Source: Candidatus Iainarchaeum sp.
Lineage (GTDB): Archaea > Iainarchaeota > Iainarchaeia > Iainarchaeales > GCA-2688035
Assembly (NCBI GenBank): GCA_028713935.1
Contig: JAQTNI010000009.1
Coordinates: forward strand, 3,406 to 35,405
Direction: 5' to 3'
DNA length: 32,000 bases
Below, piece by piece: positions 1-7,144 of the stretch; position 1 is the stretch's first letter; the number at the start of each line of letters is the position of its first letter. The notes beneath the pieces were generated by a model. The model was not told the origin of the DNA. It made no database searches and saw only the letters and a list, made by a program, of their open reading frames with translations. A program made the position numbers and the translations under genes.

Positions 1-65
1 AGCTGGAAATAACAAGTGCCTTTTCAGGCTCTTTCGAGGGGCAGGCAATGGTTATTTCGGGTTAA

Positions 66-713
66 TCATATTTTTCTTGCCAATTCAATTGTTTCATCGC
101 AGAACTGGGCAATTATTTTTGTTATTTCGTCTTCTTTTCCCTGGATCATCAGAAAAATCGCCTTTGCTTTCCAGGAACGCGCCTTGCTTGTAAGCGAATG
201 CACAAACCTTGCAATAACAGCGGGCTTGTTGTAAACAAGAAGAGTGCTCAGCGAATCAAATACAAGAAACCTGTTTTTCCCCTTTATTTTCTGCATTGCG
301 TTTTCAATTGCAATGCTGAGTTCAATCAGGTTTTTTGGCGAATCAACATAAATAAAATTTTCCCCGTCAATAATTTCCGAGTTGCTTGCCTTTGTTATTG
401 CATCGACAAAATAAAAATTTTTAAAATCAATTTTTTCCTTTTTAAAATTCTCAATAAGGGCTGTCAGGGGCTTGTTTGTGCTTGCATAAACCCCGGGAAT
501 CGCGTTTTTTGCAAAATACTTTGCAAGCCTCATGTTAGCTGTTGAATATTGCCTCATTTTTTCCAGGACCAAAACCACAAAAGAATCCTGCATTTCTTCA
601 AAAGTTTTCTGGATCAGCATGTCAATTTCCCTTGTTGGGCTTACAAGGTCAAACAGCTCTTCGTCATCCAAAATGCCGCCTTTTTGCGTTTCGTTTTCCT
701 GGTTTTTTGGCAT
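66..713 (-). CDS. KaiC/RecA-fold protein without a P-loop (degenerate paralogue of the adjacent KaiC-like ATPase)
   Basis: 215-aa ORF. KaiC-like core elements are recognisable (IPGVYASTNKP, NFYFVDAI, NRFLVFDSLSTLLVYN, AIFLMIQG), but the expected GxxGxGKT position reads LEKMRQYS (nt 543-566). TGATG stop/start overlap with the upstream gene at nt 713. Confidence 0.5.
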   Translation of the reverse strand: MPKNQENETQKGGILDDEELFDLVSPTREIDMLIQKTFEEMQDSFVVLVLEKMRQYSTANMRLAKYFAKNAIPGVYASTNKPLTALIENFKKEKIDFKNFYFVDAITKASNSEIIDGENFIYVDSPKNLIELSIAIENAMQKIKGKNRFLVFDSLSTLLVYNKPAVIARFVHSLTSKARSWKAKAIFLMIQGKEDEITKIIAQFCDETIELARKI

Positions 714-1423
714 CAGCTCACCTCTTCAAAAAGCTCGTGCTTTGCCAAGATTTTTATGCCGTCTTTTTCTATGTCTATTGGATGCAATTTTTCAGAAATT
801 TTTGTTTCCCGCATTTTCAATATGCCAATGCTCCTGACAAACCTGTCTTCAAGCTTTGTATGGTAAAGCAGTATGACTCCATCCGCAACATATTCTTCAA
901 GGCCGAACAGCGAGCTCACCTTGTCCAGGGAAATTTCATTGGTAATGATTGCAGTGCACCCAAGCCTTTTCAGCATTTTTGCAAGGCTCAAAATCCTTTT
1001 TCTCGCATCAAGCTCCCTTTCAAAATAAAGCCTGAAAATAACTCCCGGGTCAATCACAAGCCTTTTTGCGCCAAGCCTTGCAACTGCATCCTCAATAGTG
1101 TTTTTTAATTTGTCAAAATCATACAATTCAACATAAATAATTGCCAGTTTTCTCGCTGCAATGAGCTTTCTGAAATCCCAGCCAAAATTTTCAGCTGTCT
1201 TGATTATTTCCTCTTCAGGCTCTTCCAGAGAAATAAAAACTCCCGGTTCATTGTATTTCAAGGCCCCGGCATACAAATATTCCATGCACAAACAGGTTTT
1301 TCCGCTTCCAGGGTCACCGGAAATAACAACAAGGCTGTTAGCAGGAATCCCGCCAAAAAGAATTTCGTCAAGGCCAGGCACTCCGGTCAGTGTTCTTGCA
1401 ACAGGCATTCTCAAACCTTCCAA
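713..1423 (-). CDS. KaiC-like single-domain RecA-superfamily ATPase
   Basis: 236-aa ORF. LTGVPGLDEILFGGIPANSLVVISGDPGSGKT with Walker A at nt 1295-1318, Walker B-like KRLVIDPG, and a C-terminal GVILLY...IGILKMRET pattern typical of archaeal KaiC/RadA-like proteins. The start could also be Met6 (1408). Confidence 0.85.
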   Translation of the reverse strand: MEGLRMPVARTLTGVPGLDEILFGGIPANSLVVISGDPGSGKTCLCMEYLYAGALKYNEPGVFISLEEPEEEIIKTAENFGWDFRKLIAARKLAIIYVELYDFDKLKNTIEDAVARLGAKRLVIDPGVIFRLYFERELDARKRILSLAKMLKRLGCTAIITNEISLDKVSSLFGLEEYVADGVILLYHTKLEDRFVRSIGILKMRETKISEKLHPIDIEKDGIKILAKHELFEEVS

Positions 1424-1500
1424 TAAACAATAGGCATAAAAAGAATAAATAACCCTATTAAAATCCTTTTCCTAAAAGAAGCCATTGAAGACAATGCGAA

Positions 1501-2742
1501 TTATTTTTCAATATTTTCAAAAAGGCTGACATAACTGTCAGCTATTTTCGGCCAGGTCCATGCCCTGCTGTAATCATAAGCATTGGCCTCTATTTTTTCC
1601 CTGAATTTTTTGTCCGACAAAATCCTGTTCACTCCATTCGCTATTGCCTTTGAATCCTTAAAAGGCACAAGAACTCCGCGTTCATGCCGCAAAGCGTCCT
1701 TTGCATAAAGGTAAGGAGTGCTGACACAGGCCTTTCCCGCTCCAATCGCATAAGCCAGTGTGCCTGAACTTATCTGCTGGGGATCAAAATAAGGCGTAAT
1801 ATAAACATCGGTTGCCTGCAAATACCTGCAGATTTCTTCAACTGGCAGGTATTTATTGTAAAACTTTACATTGCCTTTAAGGCCAAGGTCTTTCACCATT
1901 TTTTTTAATTTGTTCCTGTATTTTTCCCCTTCCCGTTTTCTTACAAGAGGATGGGTTTCTCCAATAATAAGGTAAAGCAAATCAGGGTTTTTTTCAACAA
2001 CCTGGGGCAATGCCTTAAGGGCAAACTGAATTCCTTTTTTGTTGCTCAGCAATCCAAAGGTTGTCATTAGTTTTTTTCCTTCAAGGCCAAGCTCTTTTTT
2101 TGCTTCAAGTGTTTTTCCAAATTGTATTGGCGGAACTCCATGGGGAATAACAGCTATTTTTTCTTCGGGAATGCAGTATTTTTGCATAAGAATGTCTTTT
2201 CCATAACCGCTTATCACAACAATTTTTGAACTGTTCTGGGCAATTTTTTTGACAACATATTTAATGTGCCTCTGGGTTTTTGTCGCATCCTGCGGATTCA
2301 AAATGGAATGAAAAGTCGTTACAACAGGCTTTTTCAGCTCTTCCAGAAAAGGAATGAGATAATCCCCATAAGTGCCGCCGAACAAGCCGAACTCATGCTG
2401 AATGCAAACCGCCTTTGTTTTTTTGCATTTGTTAAGTTTTTCCGCGGCAAGCAGGTAACTGTCCCTGTCATCCTCGTCAATCTGCAATTGCACTCTTTCA
2501 GGGTAAGTATAAGTTGAAAAAAGATTCTCGTTCATTGCAGTGACCCTGCACCTTATTTTCGGGCTGAACCTTTTTTCAATCGAAGTCAGGACATCCTGCG
2601 TAAAAGTAGCAATCCCGCATTCCCTCGGGGGAAAACTGCTTAAAAAATTTATCCAGTACTGTGATATGCCCAACACCCCAATCGGCCTTACGCCCGCAAA
2701 AATCGCTCGGCTAAATTTCCTTTTTTCTCTCTGTGCACTCAA
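1501..2742 (-). CDS. GT-B fold glycosyltransferase, family 4-like (group 1)
   Basis: 413-aa ORF with N-terminal SSFPPRECGIATFTQD motif, HEFGLFGG, IIGETHP and a C-terminal Rossmann region (YITPYFDPQQISSGTLAYAIGAGKACVSTP). It is a paralogue of the next gene. The ATG at 2742 overlaps the upstream gene by 32 nt. In-frame GTG 2676 or TTG 2673 would align the N-terminus with the paralogue and remove the overlap. Confidence 0.8.
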   Translation of the reverse strand: MSAQREKRKFSRAIFAGVRPIGVLGISQYWINFLSSFPPRECGIATFTQDVLTSIEKRFSPKIRCRVTAMNENLFSTYTYPERVQLQIDEDDRDSYLLAAEKLNKCKKTKAVCIQHEFGLFGGTYGDYLIPFLEELKKPVVTTFHSILNPQDATKTQRHIKYVVKKIAQNSSKIVVISGYGKDILMQKYCIPEEKIAVIPHGVPPIQFGKTLEAKKELGLEGKKLMTTFGLLSNKKGIQFALKALPQVVEKNPDLLYLIIGETHPLVRKREGEKYRNKLKKMVKDLGLKGNVKFYNKYLPVEEICRYLQATDVYITPYFDPQQISSGTLAYAIGAGKACVSTPYLYAKDALRHERGVLVPFKDSKAIANGVNRILSDKKFREKIEANAYDYSRAWTWPKIADSYVSLFENIEK

Positions 2743-3898
2743 TTTTCAATTGGCTCAAAAGCTTTTCATAAAGCGCAAAATGTTTTTTTGCAACTACACT
2801 CCACTTTATTGTGCTAGTAACATAAGCAAAAGCATTTTTTGCATATTTATTGCGAAGCTCGTCATTTTTCACCAATTCAACAATTGCACGCTCCAATTCC
2901 GCATCATCGCCTTCAGGAACAGCAATTCCAGCCTTGCTCTCCTCAATTTCCGCTTTCAAGCCTTCCATTGCAGTTGCAATGCACGGAACCCCCAATGCAA
3001 AAGCATGGGCAAGATTTCCCGATTGTGAAGCCCTGCTGTAAGGCAAAACCATTATGTCAAAAGCAGACAAAACCCGGTCATAATCCTCAGGAGTAAAAGC
3101 TCCCTGAATAACCTTGATGCTTGCCCTGTCCCTGCTTTTTTCAATTGCATTCAAAAGCTTTGGCTTGTAAATCTGCCCCGAAGTCGAACCAGGCCTCGCA
3201 TCCCCAGCCACAACCAAAACAGTGTTTTTTCCTGTTTTTTTCTTTATGCTGTCCCAGAGCTTTACAACCCTTTCAAAGCCCTTGTTCGGCTCCCACCATC
3301 CAATCAGGCCGACAACTTTCTGCCCTTCAAGGCCAAGCTCATGCTTTGCGTCCTTGTCCTGCTTCATGCCTTTTGCGCCATGGGGAATAACATAAACATT
3401 GTCAGGAACCCTTCCAATATTGATTGGCAAATAAATTTTTTGGTATTCCTCATGAAAAATTGCTGCACTGCTCAGCTTCAGCGCCACATCCATGTAAATG
3501 CTTTGCATCCTGTCCAGGGCAGTGTAAATGCTGTGATAAGTCAGCACAACTGGAAACTCAGCATCAACCTTCCACTTGAAAAGGCAATTAAAAAGTTTTG
3601 AACTGTAATCATCATCATGAAGATACAAGCCGTACTCATGCTGGATATGCACAACATCCGGCTTGAGTTTTCTCACTGCCTGGTAAAGCTTTTCACTCCA
3701 GTCAGCATGCCTCAGCTTCCTGTCTTTTGCAACAGGAAGAATAGGATAAACATTCTTCTCCCCTTTCTTACCGCCATCGGAAAAAGTAATTATTTTTACA
3801 TCATGGCCAAGGCTTCGCATCGCATTTACAAGGTCAACAGAATAAGTGGCAATCCCGCAATGCCTCGGGGGCCAGCTTGAAACAATCACAATTCGCAA
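2711..3898 (-). CDS. GT-B fold glycosyltransferase, family 4-like (group 1)
   Basis: 395-aa ORF. MRIVIVSSWPPRHCGIATYSVDL, HIQHEYGLY, VVAGDARPG and VLPYSRASQSGNLAHAFALGVPCIAT show the same architecture as the downstream paralogue. Confidence 0.85.
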   Translation of the reverse strand: MRIVIVSSWPPRHCGIATYSVDLVNAMRSLGHDVKIITFSDGGKKGEKNVYPILPVAKDRKLRHADWSEKLYQAVRKLKPDVVHIQHEYGLYLHDDDYSSKLFNCLFKWKVDAEFPVVLTYHSIYTALDRMQSIYMDVALKLSSAAIFHEEYQKIYLPINIGRVPDNVYVIPHGAKGMKQDKDAKHELGLEGQKVVGLIGWWEPNKGFERVVKLWDSIKKKTGKNTVLVVAGDARPGSTSGQIYKPKLLNAIEKSRDRASIKVIQGAFTPEDYDRVLSAFDIMVLPYSRASQSGNLAHAFALGVPCIATAMEGLKAEIEESKAGIAVPEGDDAELERAIVELVKNDELRNKYAKNAFAYVTSTIKWSVVAKKHFALYEKLLSQLKIECTERKKEI

Positions 3899-3934
3899 AC
3901 CAGTGTCAACTCCAGTTAATCTATTTGAACAAAC

Positions 3935-3945
3935 TTTATTTTATA
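3935..3945 (+). promoter_or_regulatory. TATA-like box (TTTATTTTATA) upstream of coaE; spacing suggests a leaderless or near-leaderless transcript
   Basis: AT-rich box centred about 28 nt upstream of the ATG at 3968. There is no Shine-Dalgarno-like sequence in between. It lies in the divergent intergenic region between the GT4 gene and coaE. Confidence 0.3.
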
Positions 3946-3967
3946 CCTTTCTCCCCCAGATTTTAAA

Positions 3968-4537
3968 ATGCTTCGCGTTGCCCTGACAGGAAACATTGCA
4001 ACAGGAAAAACAACTGCCCTGAATTTTTTTTCAAAAGCCGGAGCCCCGACAATTAATTGCGATGAAATAGTTTCCGAGCTTTACAAAAAACCAGAAGCAA
4101 AGGCTTTCCTGGAAAAAAATTTTGGCGCAACGGAAAAAAAAGAAATTGCAAAACAAATTTTTCCAGACACAAAAAAACGCGTTCTCCTTGAATCCTTTTT
4201 TCACCCGCTTGTTTTTTCAGAAATAGACTCAAGAATAAAAAAGCTTGAAAAAAAAGGCAAAAAAATTGTTATTGTAGAAGTCCCGCTATTGTTTGAAACA
4301 GGCCACGAAAAAAATTTTTCCAGGGCAATTGTTGTAAAAGCAACCCAGGTACAACAGGCCTTCAGGCTGCAAAAACAGGGCTTTTCAAGCACAGAAGCCC
4401 TTGCAAGAATGAAATCACAAAAAGGGCTTGAACACAAACTAAAAAAAGCTGATTTTATAATTGACAACACAGGCTCTTTTGAGGAAACAAAAAAACAGGC
4501 CCTGAAAATCCTCAAAATCCTGAATTTAAAAACTTAA
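3968..4537 (+). CDS. coaE: dephospho-CoA kinase, bacterial CoaE type
   Basis: 189-aa ORF. The N-terminal P-loop VALTGNIATGKTT, VEVPLLFETG and the ~190-aa length are typical of CoaE. Confidence 0.85.
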   Translation: MLRVALTGNIATGKTTALNFFSKAGAPTINCDEIVSELYKKPEAKAFLEKNFGATEKKEIAKQIFPDTKKRVLLESFFHPLVFSEIDSRIKKLEKKGKKIVIVEVPLLFETGHEKNFSRAIVVKATQVQQAFRLQKQGFSSTEALARMKSQKGLEHKLKKADFIIDNTGSFEETKKQALKILKILNLKT

Positions 4538-4555
4538 CCAGCAACAATTATTCTG

Positions 4556-5041
4556 ATGCTTATGAAAATCGCTGTTTATGCAGGAACATTCGACCCTGTT
4601 ACTTTTGGGCATCTTGATGTAATTGAAAGGGCTTGCCAGTTGTTTGACAAAATAATTGTTGGAGTTTCAACCAACCCCGAAAAAAAGCCTTTGTTTTCAG
4701 TTGAAGAACGGATAAGCCTGATAAAAGACTGCACAAAACAATTCAAAAACCTTGAAATTGCTTCTTTTGAAGGGTTGCTGGTTGATTTTGCAAAGAAAAA
4801 AAAAGCAGGAATTATTCTCCGAGGATTAAGGGAATTGTCTGATTTTCAAGGGGAATTCCAGCGCGCAATAATAAACAGGAAGCTTGCCCCTGAAATTGAA
4901 ACAGTTTTTATTGCAACAAATGCAAAATTCTTTTACCTGAACAGCAGCATAGTGAAAGAAATAGCCTGTTTGAACGGCAATATTTCCTGTTTTGTCCCAA
5001 AACAAGTTGAAAAAGCATTAAAACAAAAACTGGGAAAATAA
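4556..5041 (+). CDS. coaD: phosphopantetheine adenylyltransferase, bacterial CoaD type
   Basis: 161-aa ORF. KIAVYAGTFDPVTFGHLDVIERA (T/HxGH nucleotidyltransferase motif), GIILRGLR and SSIVKEI are typical of bacterial PPAT. The start may be Met3 (4562). Confidence 0.9.
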   Translation: MLMKIAVYAGTFDPVTFGHLDVIERACQLFDKIIVGVSTNPEKKPLFSVEERISLIKDCTKQFKNLEIASFEGLLVDFAKKKKAGIILRGLRELSDFQGEFQRAIINRKLAPEIETVFIATNAKFFYLNSSIVKEIACLNGNISCFVPKQVEKALKQKLGK

Positions 5042-5048
5042 TTATTTT

Positions 5049-5288
5049 TTATTGGTATTTTCCAAATTCTTCTTCTTTTATTTTAGCCAATTCAAGTATG
5101 CCTTTTAAAGTCCCGATTTTGAGCTCTTTGTGGTTTGGCACAACTGTGCCAATTTCCCCAGAATCAGTTTGTTTTTTCAGCACAACATGGCTGCCTGTTT
5201 GCCTTGCTATTCTGAAGCCAAATTTGTTGCAAAGAATTTTTATGCATTCTTTGCCAGAAATTTTTTTAAGCACGGGCAACAGAAGCAA
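5049..5288 (-). CDS. hicA: HicA-family mRNA interferase toxin
   Basis: 79-aa ORF. SGKECIKILCNKFGFRIARQTGSHVVLKK matches the HicA dsRBD-like pattern with the conserved GSH. It overlaps the upstream hicB by 23 nt. Confidence 0.8.
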   Translation of the reverse strand: MLLLPVLKKISGKECIKILCNKFGFRIARQTGSHVVLKKQTDSGEIGTVVPNHKELKIGTLKGILELAKIKEEEFGKYQ

Positions 5289-5487
5289 CCTCGAAAGTAG
5301 TCAAAATTGCCTTGTTTTTTTGTTTTATTGGAAATTCTTCCAAATATAATCCAGTGGCTTCCTTTAAGTTTTCCACGGCTTCTTCAATTGTTTTGCCCTG
5401 ACTTACAGTGCCAATTTCTGCGCACTTTGCGACATACATATCTTCTTCTTTTACAACAATAGCAGTGAAAGAATTCATAACGCTCAT
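5266..5487 (-). CDS. hicB: HicB-family (UPF0150) antitoxin
   Basis: Trimmed from track ORF 5266-5625 to Met47 (ATG at 5487; ATG at 5478 also possible). FTAIVVKEEDMYVAKCAEIGTVSQGKTIEEAVENLKEA is the typical HicB N-terminal domain. Confidence 0.75.
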   Translation of the reverse strand: MSVMNSFTAIVVKEEDMYVAKCAEIGTVSQGKTIEEAVENLKEATGLYLEEFPIKQKNKAILTTFEVASVARA

Positions 5488-5623
5488 ACAAAACAACTGC
5501 TTCAAATAAAATAAAAGCTTAATTGTAATGCTTTCCAACCCAAACAAAAAACAAATAATTTTTTTTCGGCAATTGCCGTTAGCCCTTCTTCTTTTAAAAC
5601 CAGAAACAAGGCAAATTTTTTCC

Positions 5624-6046
5624 ATGCAAAAAAAATTTTACCTTGACACTTCCATTTGGAGGGATTATTTTGAAGACAGAAGCGATGGCGTAAGGCCATT
5701 GGGAGAGTTTGCTTTTCAGTTTTTAAAAAACTGTGCAAAGAAAGGCTTTACAATTCTTGTTTCCGACACAGTAATTTTGGAGTTGAAAAAAGATTTTTCA
5801 GAAGAACAAATTTCTGATTTTTTCAACCCTTTCGAAAGCATTATTGTGCATATTGCCGCGGTTTCTGAACAATACGCCGAAGCCAAAAAAGAATGGCTGC
5901 AAAACAAAGCAATTCCACTAAACGATTTTCTTCATGCAATTATTGCGCGTGATAACAATGCAATTTTAATAAGCAGGGACAGGCATTTTGCAGAATTGCT
6001 AAGCCTGGTTGAATCCAAATTGCCTGAAGAAGTTATTTTAGATTAA
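5624..6046 (+). CDS. PIN-domain protein (VapC-like nuclease)
   Basis: Trimmed from track ORF 5528-6046 to the ATG at 5624. The acidic residues fall in the expected PIN order: FYLDTSI, VSDTVILEL, NDFLHAIIA, ILISRDRHF. Confidence 0.7.
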   Translation: MQKKFYLDTSIWRDYFEDRSDGVRPLGEFAFQFLKNCAKKGFTILVSDTVILELKKDFSEEQISDFFNPFESIIVHIAAVSEQYAEAKKEWLQNKAIPLNDFLHAIIARDNNAILISRDRHFAELLSLVESKLPEEVILD

Positions 6047-6335
6047 TCCCAAATTTTTTTTCATAATGGTCCATTATTTCCTTGCTTCCTTCGTTTTCTC
6101 TCCACTTGTAAAAATCTTCATCAGTTTTGAAACGGCTTTTTCCCTTCAAAGCGCCCCTTGCGGCAAAAAGCGCTTTCCAAGCCTTGTTTTTTTTTCTTTG
6201 TTCCTCATTATTTTTCAGCTTGTCCCGGATAGACTCCCGAATAAACTCTGTTTTTGTGCTATACTTGAACTCCTGCATATCATGTTCAATCTGCCTTGCA
6301 AGCGCAGAATCCAGCCTCAAACAAACACTTTCCAT
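6033..6335 (-). CDS. ribbon-helix-helix (CopG-like) protein, possible antitoxin or regulator
   Basis: Trimmed to the ATG at 6335. VCLRLDSALARQIEHDMQEF..STKTEFIRESIRDKL fits a strand-helix-helix pattern, followed by a basic/acidic C-terminal tail. The 3' end overlaps the convergent PIN gene by 14 nt. Confidence 0.55.
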   Translation of the reverse strand: MESVCLRLDSALARQIEHDMQEFKYSTKTEFIRESIRDKLKNNEEQRKKNKAWKALFAARGALKGKSRFKTDEDFYKWRENEGSKEIMDHYEKKFGINLK

Positions 6336-6451
6336 GCAATACAATGTAATACAAACCATTATTAAAAATATTCTTTTTTTTCAGAAACGGTTTTTGCAAA
6401 AAGCAATTTTGCCTCGTTTTTTATTGAAATTCGTTTTTCTTAACGCAAAGC

Positions 6452-6460
6452 TTTTTAAAT
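6452..6460 (+). promoter_or_regulatory. TATA-like box (TTTTTAAAT) upstream of pilin gene 1
   Basis: It lies about 55 nt upstream of the ATG at 6511. This would give a roughly 25-30-nt leader containing the GGAGG site. Confidence 0.3.
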
Positions 6461-6497
6461 GCCAAAGGTGTTATATCTAACAATCAATAACCTAAAA

Positions 6498-6502
6498 GGA
6501 GG
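6498..6502 (+). promoter_or_regulatory. Shine-Dalgarno site GGAGG for pilin gene 1
   Basis: AAAGGAGGT with an 8-nt spacer to the ATG at 6511. It is the clearest SD I noticed while reading the intergenic regions. Confidence 0.6.
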
Positions 6503-6510
6503 TTGAAAAA

Positions 6511-7038
6511 ATGAATTCTAGAGGACAAGCAGCGTTAGAATACCTAATGACCTACGGATGGGCACTCGTAATCATAGTGGTGGTAGCAGGAATCCTGTTC
6601 TTCATCATGAGTTCTCCAAGTTCAGGAGTAGTTTGTAGTTCCAGCGACCCAACAAAAATGGTTGTTAAAAGTTCTAACATTACTGCTGGTACTGCAGCTG
6701 GCACGCCTGTATCGACAAGTGTCATTAATTTGCAGAATGGTACTGGCGGTGCAATAGGCTCAGCTACTGTGACTGCTGCATCAGGCCTTTTTTCAGCAAC
6801 TGGCGAAGCAATTTCTTCACAAACATGCACTACATTCCTTGCAGCCCCCTGCCTTGCGGATACAGCCATAACCCAAGTAATTGGTGGTGGTAATTTGTAT
6901 ATATACCCAAAGTATGCAAGCACAGTAGTCTCGGGTAGTGCAGTAGTTTCAAGCACATACACAATAACTTACAATGACCAGTTCGGTTATGCCAAAGCAG
7001 TAGTATTAACTTGCCAAGGAACAATACCAACACCATAA
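6511..7038 (+). CDS. archaeal type IV pilin-like protein (class III signal peptide, Gln +1); candidate major pilin
   Basis: 175-aa ORF. MNSRG/QAALEYLMTYGWALVIIVVVAGILFFIM is a short basic N-terminus, a G/A-Q cleavage motif with xxLEY, then a hydrophobic helix. The rest is Ser/Thr/Gly/Ala-rich. Strong SD; paralogue at 27627-28328. Confidence 0.8.
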   Translation: MNSRGQAALEYLMTYGWALVIIVVVAGILFFIMSSPSSGVVCSSSDPTKMVVKSSNITAGTAAGTPVSTSVINLQNGTGGAIGSATVTAASGLFSATGEAISSQTCTTFLAAPCLADTAITQVIGGGNLYIYPKYASTVVSGSAVVSSTYTITYNDQFGYAKAVVLTCQGTIPTP

Positions 7039-7144
7039 TTCAATTTCCTTTTTTTGGGGTTTAACCCCTTTTCTTTTTTTTTTAATTTTGTTTTAGCTGT
7101 CAGGCTGCTGGTTTTTGAGAATTAGTTGTTTGGCTTTTGCATTG
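7039..7144. repeat. repeat copy R1 (left arm shared with R2, right arm shared with R3)
   Basis: nt 7073-7117 are identical over 45 nt to 8688-8732. nt 7039-7055 match 8666-8682. nt 7113-7127 (TTTTGAGAATTAGTT) are identical to 9286-9300, with weaker similarity continuing to about 7144. Confidence 0.8.
7056..7083 (+). terminator. short GC hairpin (GGGGTTTAACCCC) followed by a T-tract, downstream of pilin gene 1
   Basis: The hairpin spans 7056-7068, then TTTTC plus a run of 10 T (7069-7083). Oligo-T tracts act as archaeal terminators. The element lies 18 nt after the pilin stop codon. Confidence 0.4.

Noticed and set aside
16-545. Plus-strand ORFs at the left edge (72 aa, 115 aa)
   Set aside because: They are antisense to the KaiC-fold paralogue gene, with no motifs. 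Positions 1-65 contain stop codons in all plausible frames and are too short to call anything.
5528-5623. N-terminal 32-aa extension of the PIN ORF
   Set aside because: It is a low-complexity hydrophobic/basic sequence antisense to the hicB upstream region. PIN domains start with the FYLDTS strand immediately after the Met at 5624.
5488-5625. N-terminal 46-aa extension of the hicB ORF as given in the track (5266-5625)
   Set aside because: The extension (MEKICLVSGFKRRRANGNC...) has no HicB-like sequence and overlaps the PIN gene start. The HicB fold begins right after Met47/Met50, so the gene was trimmed to 5487.
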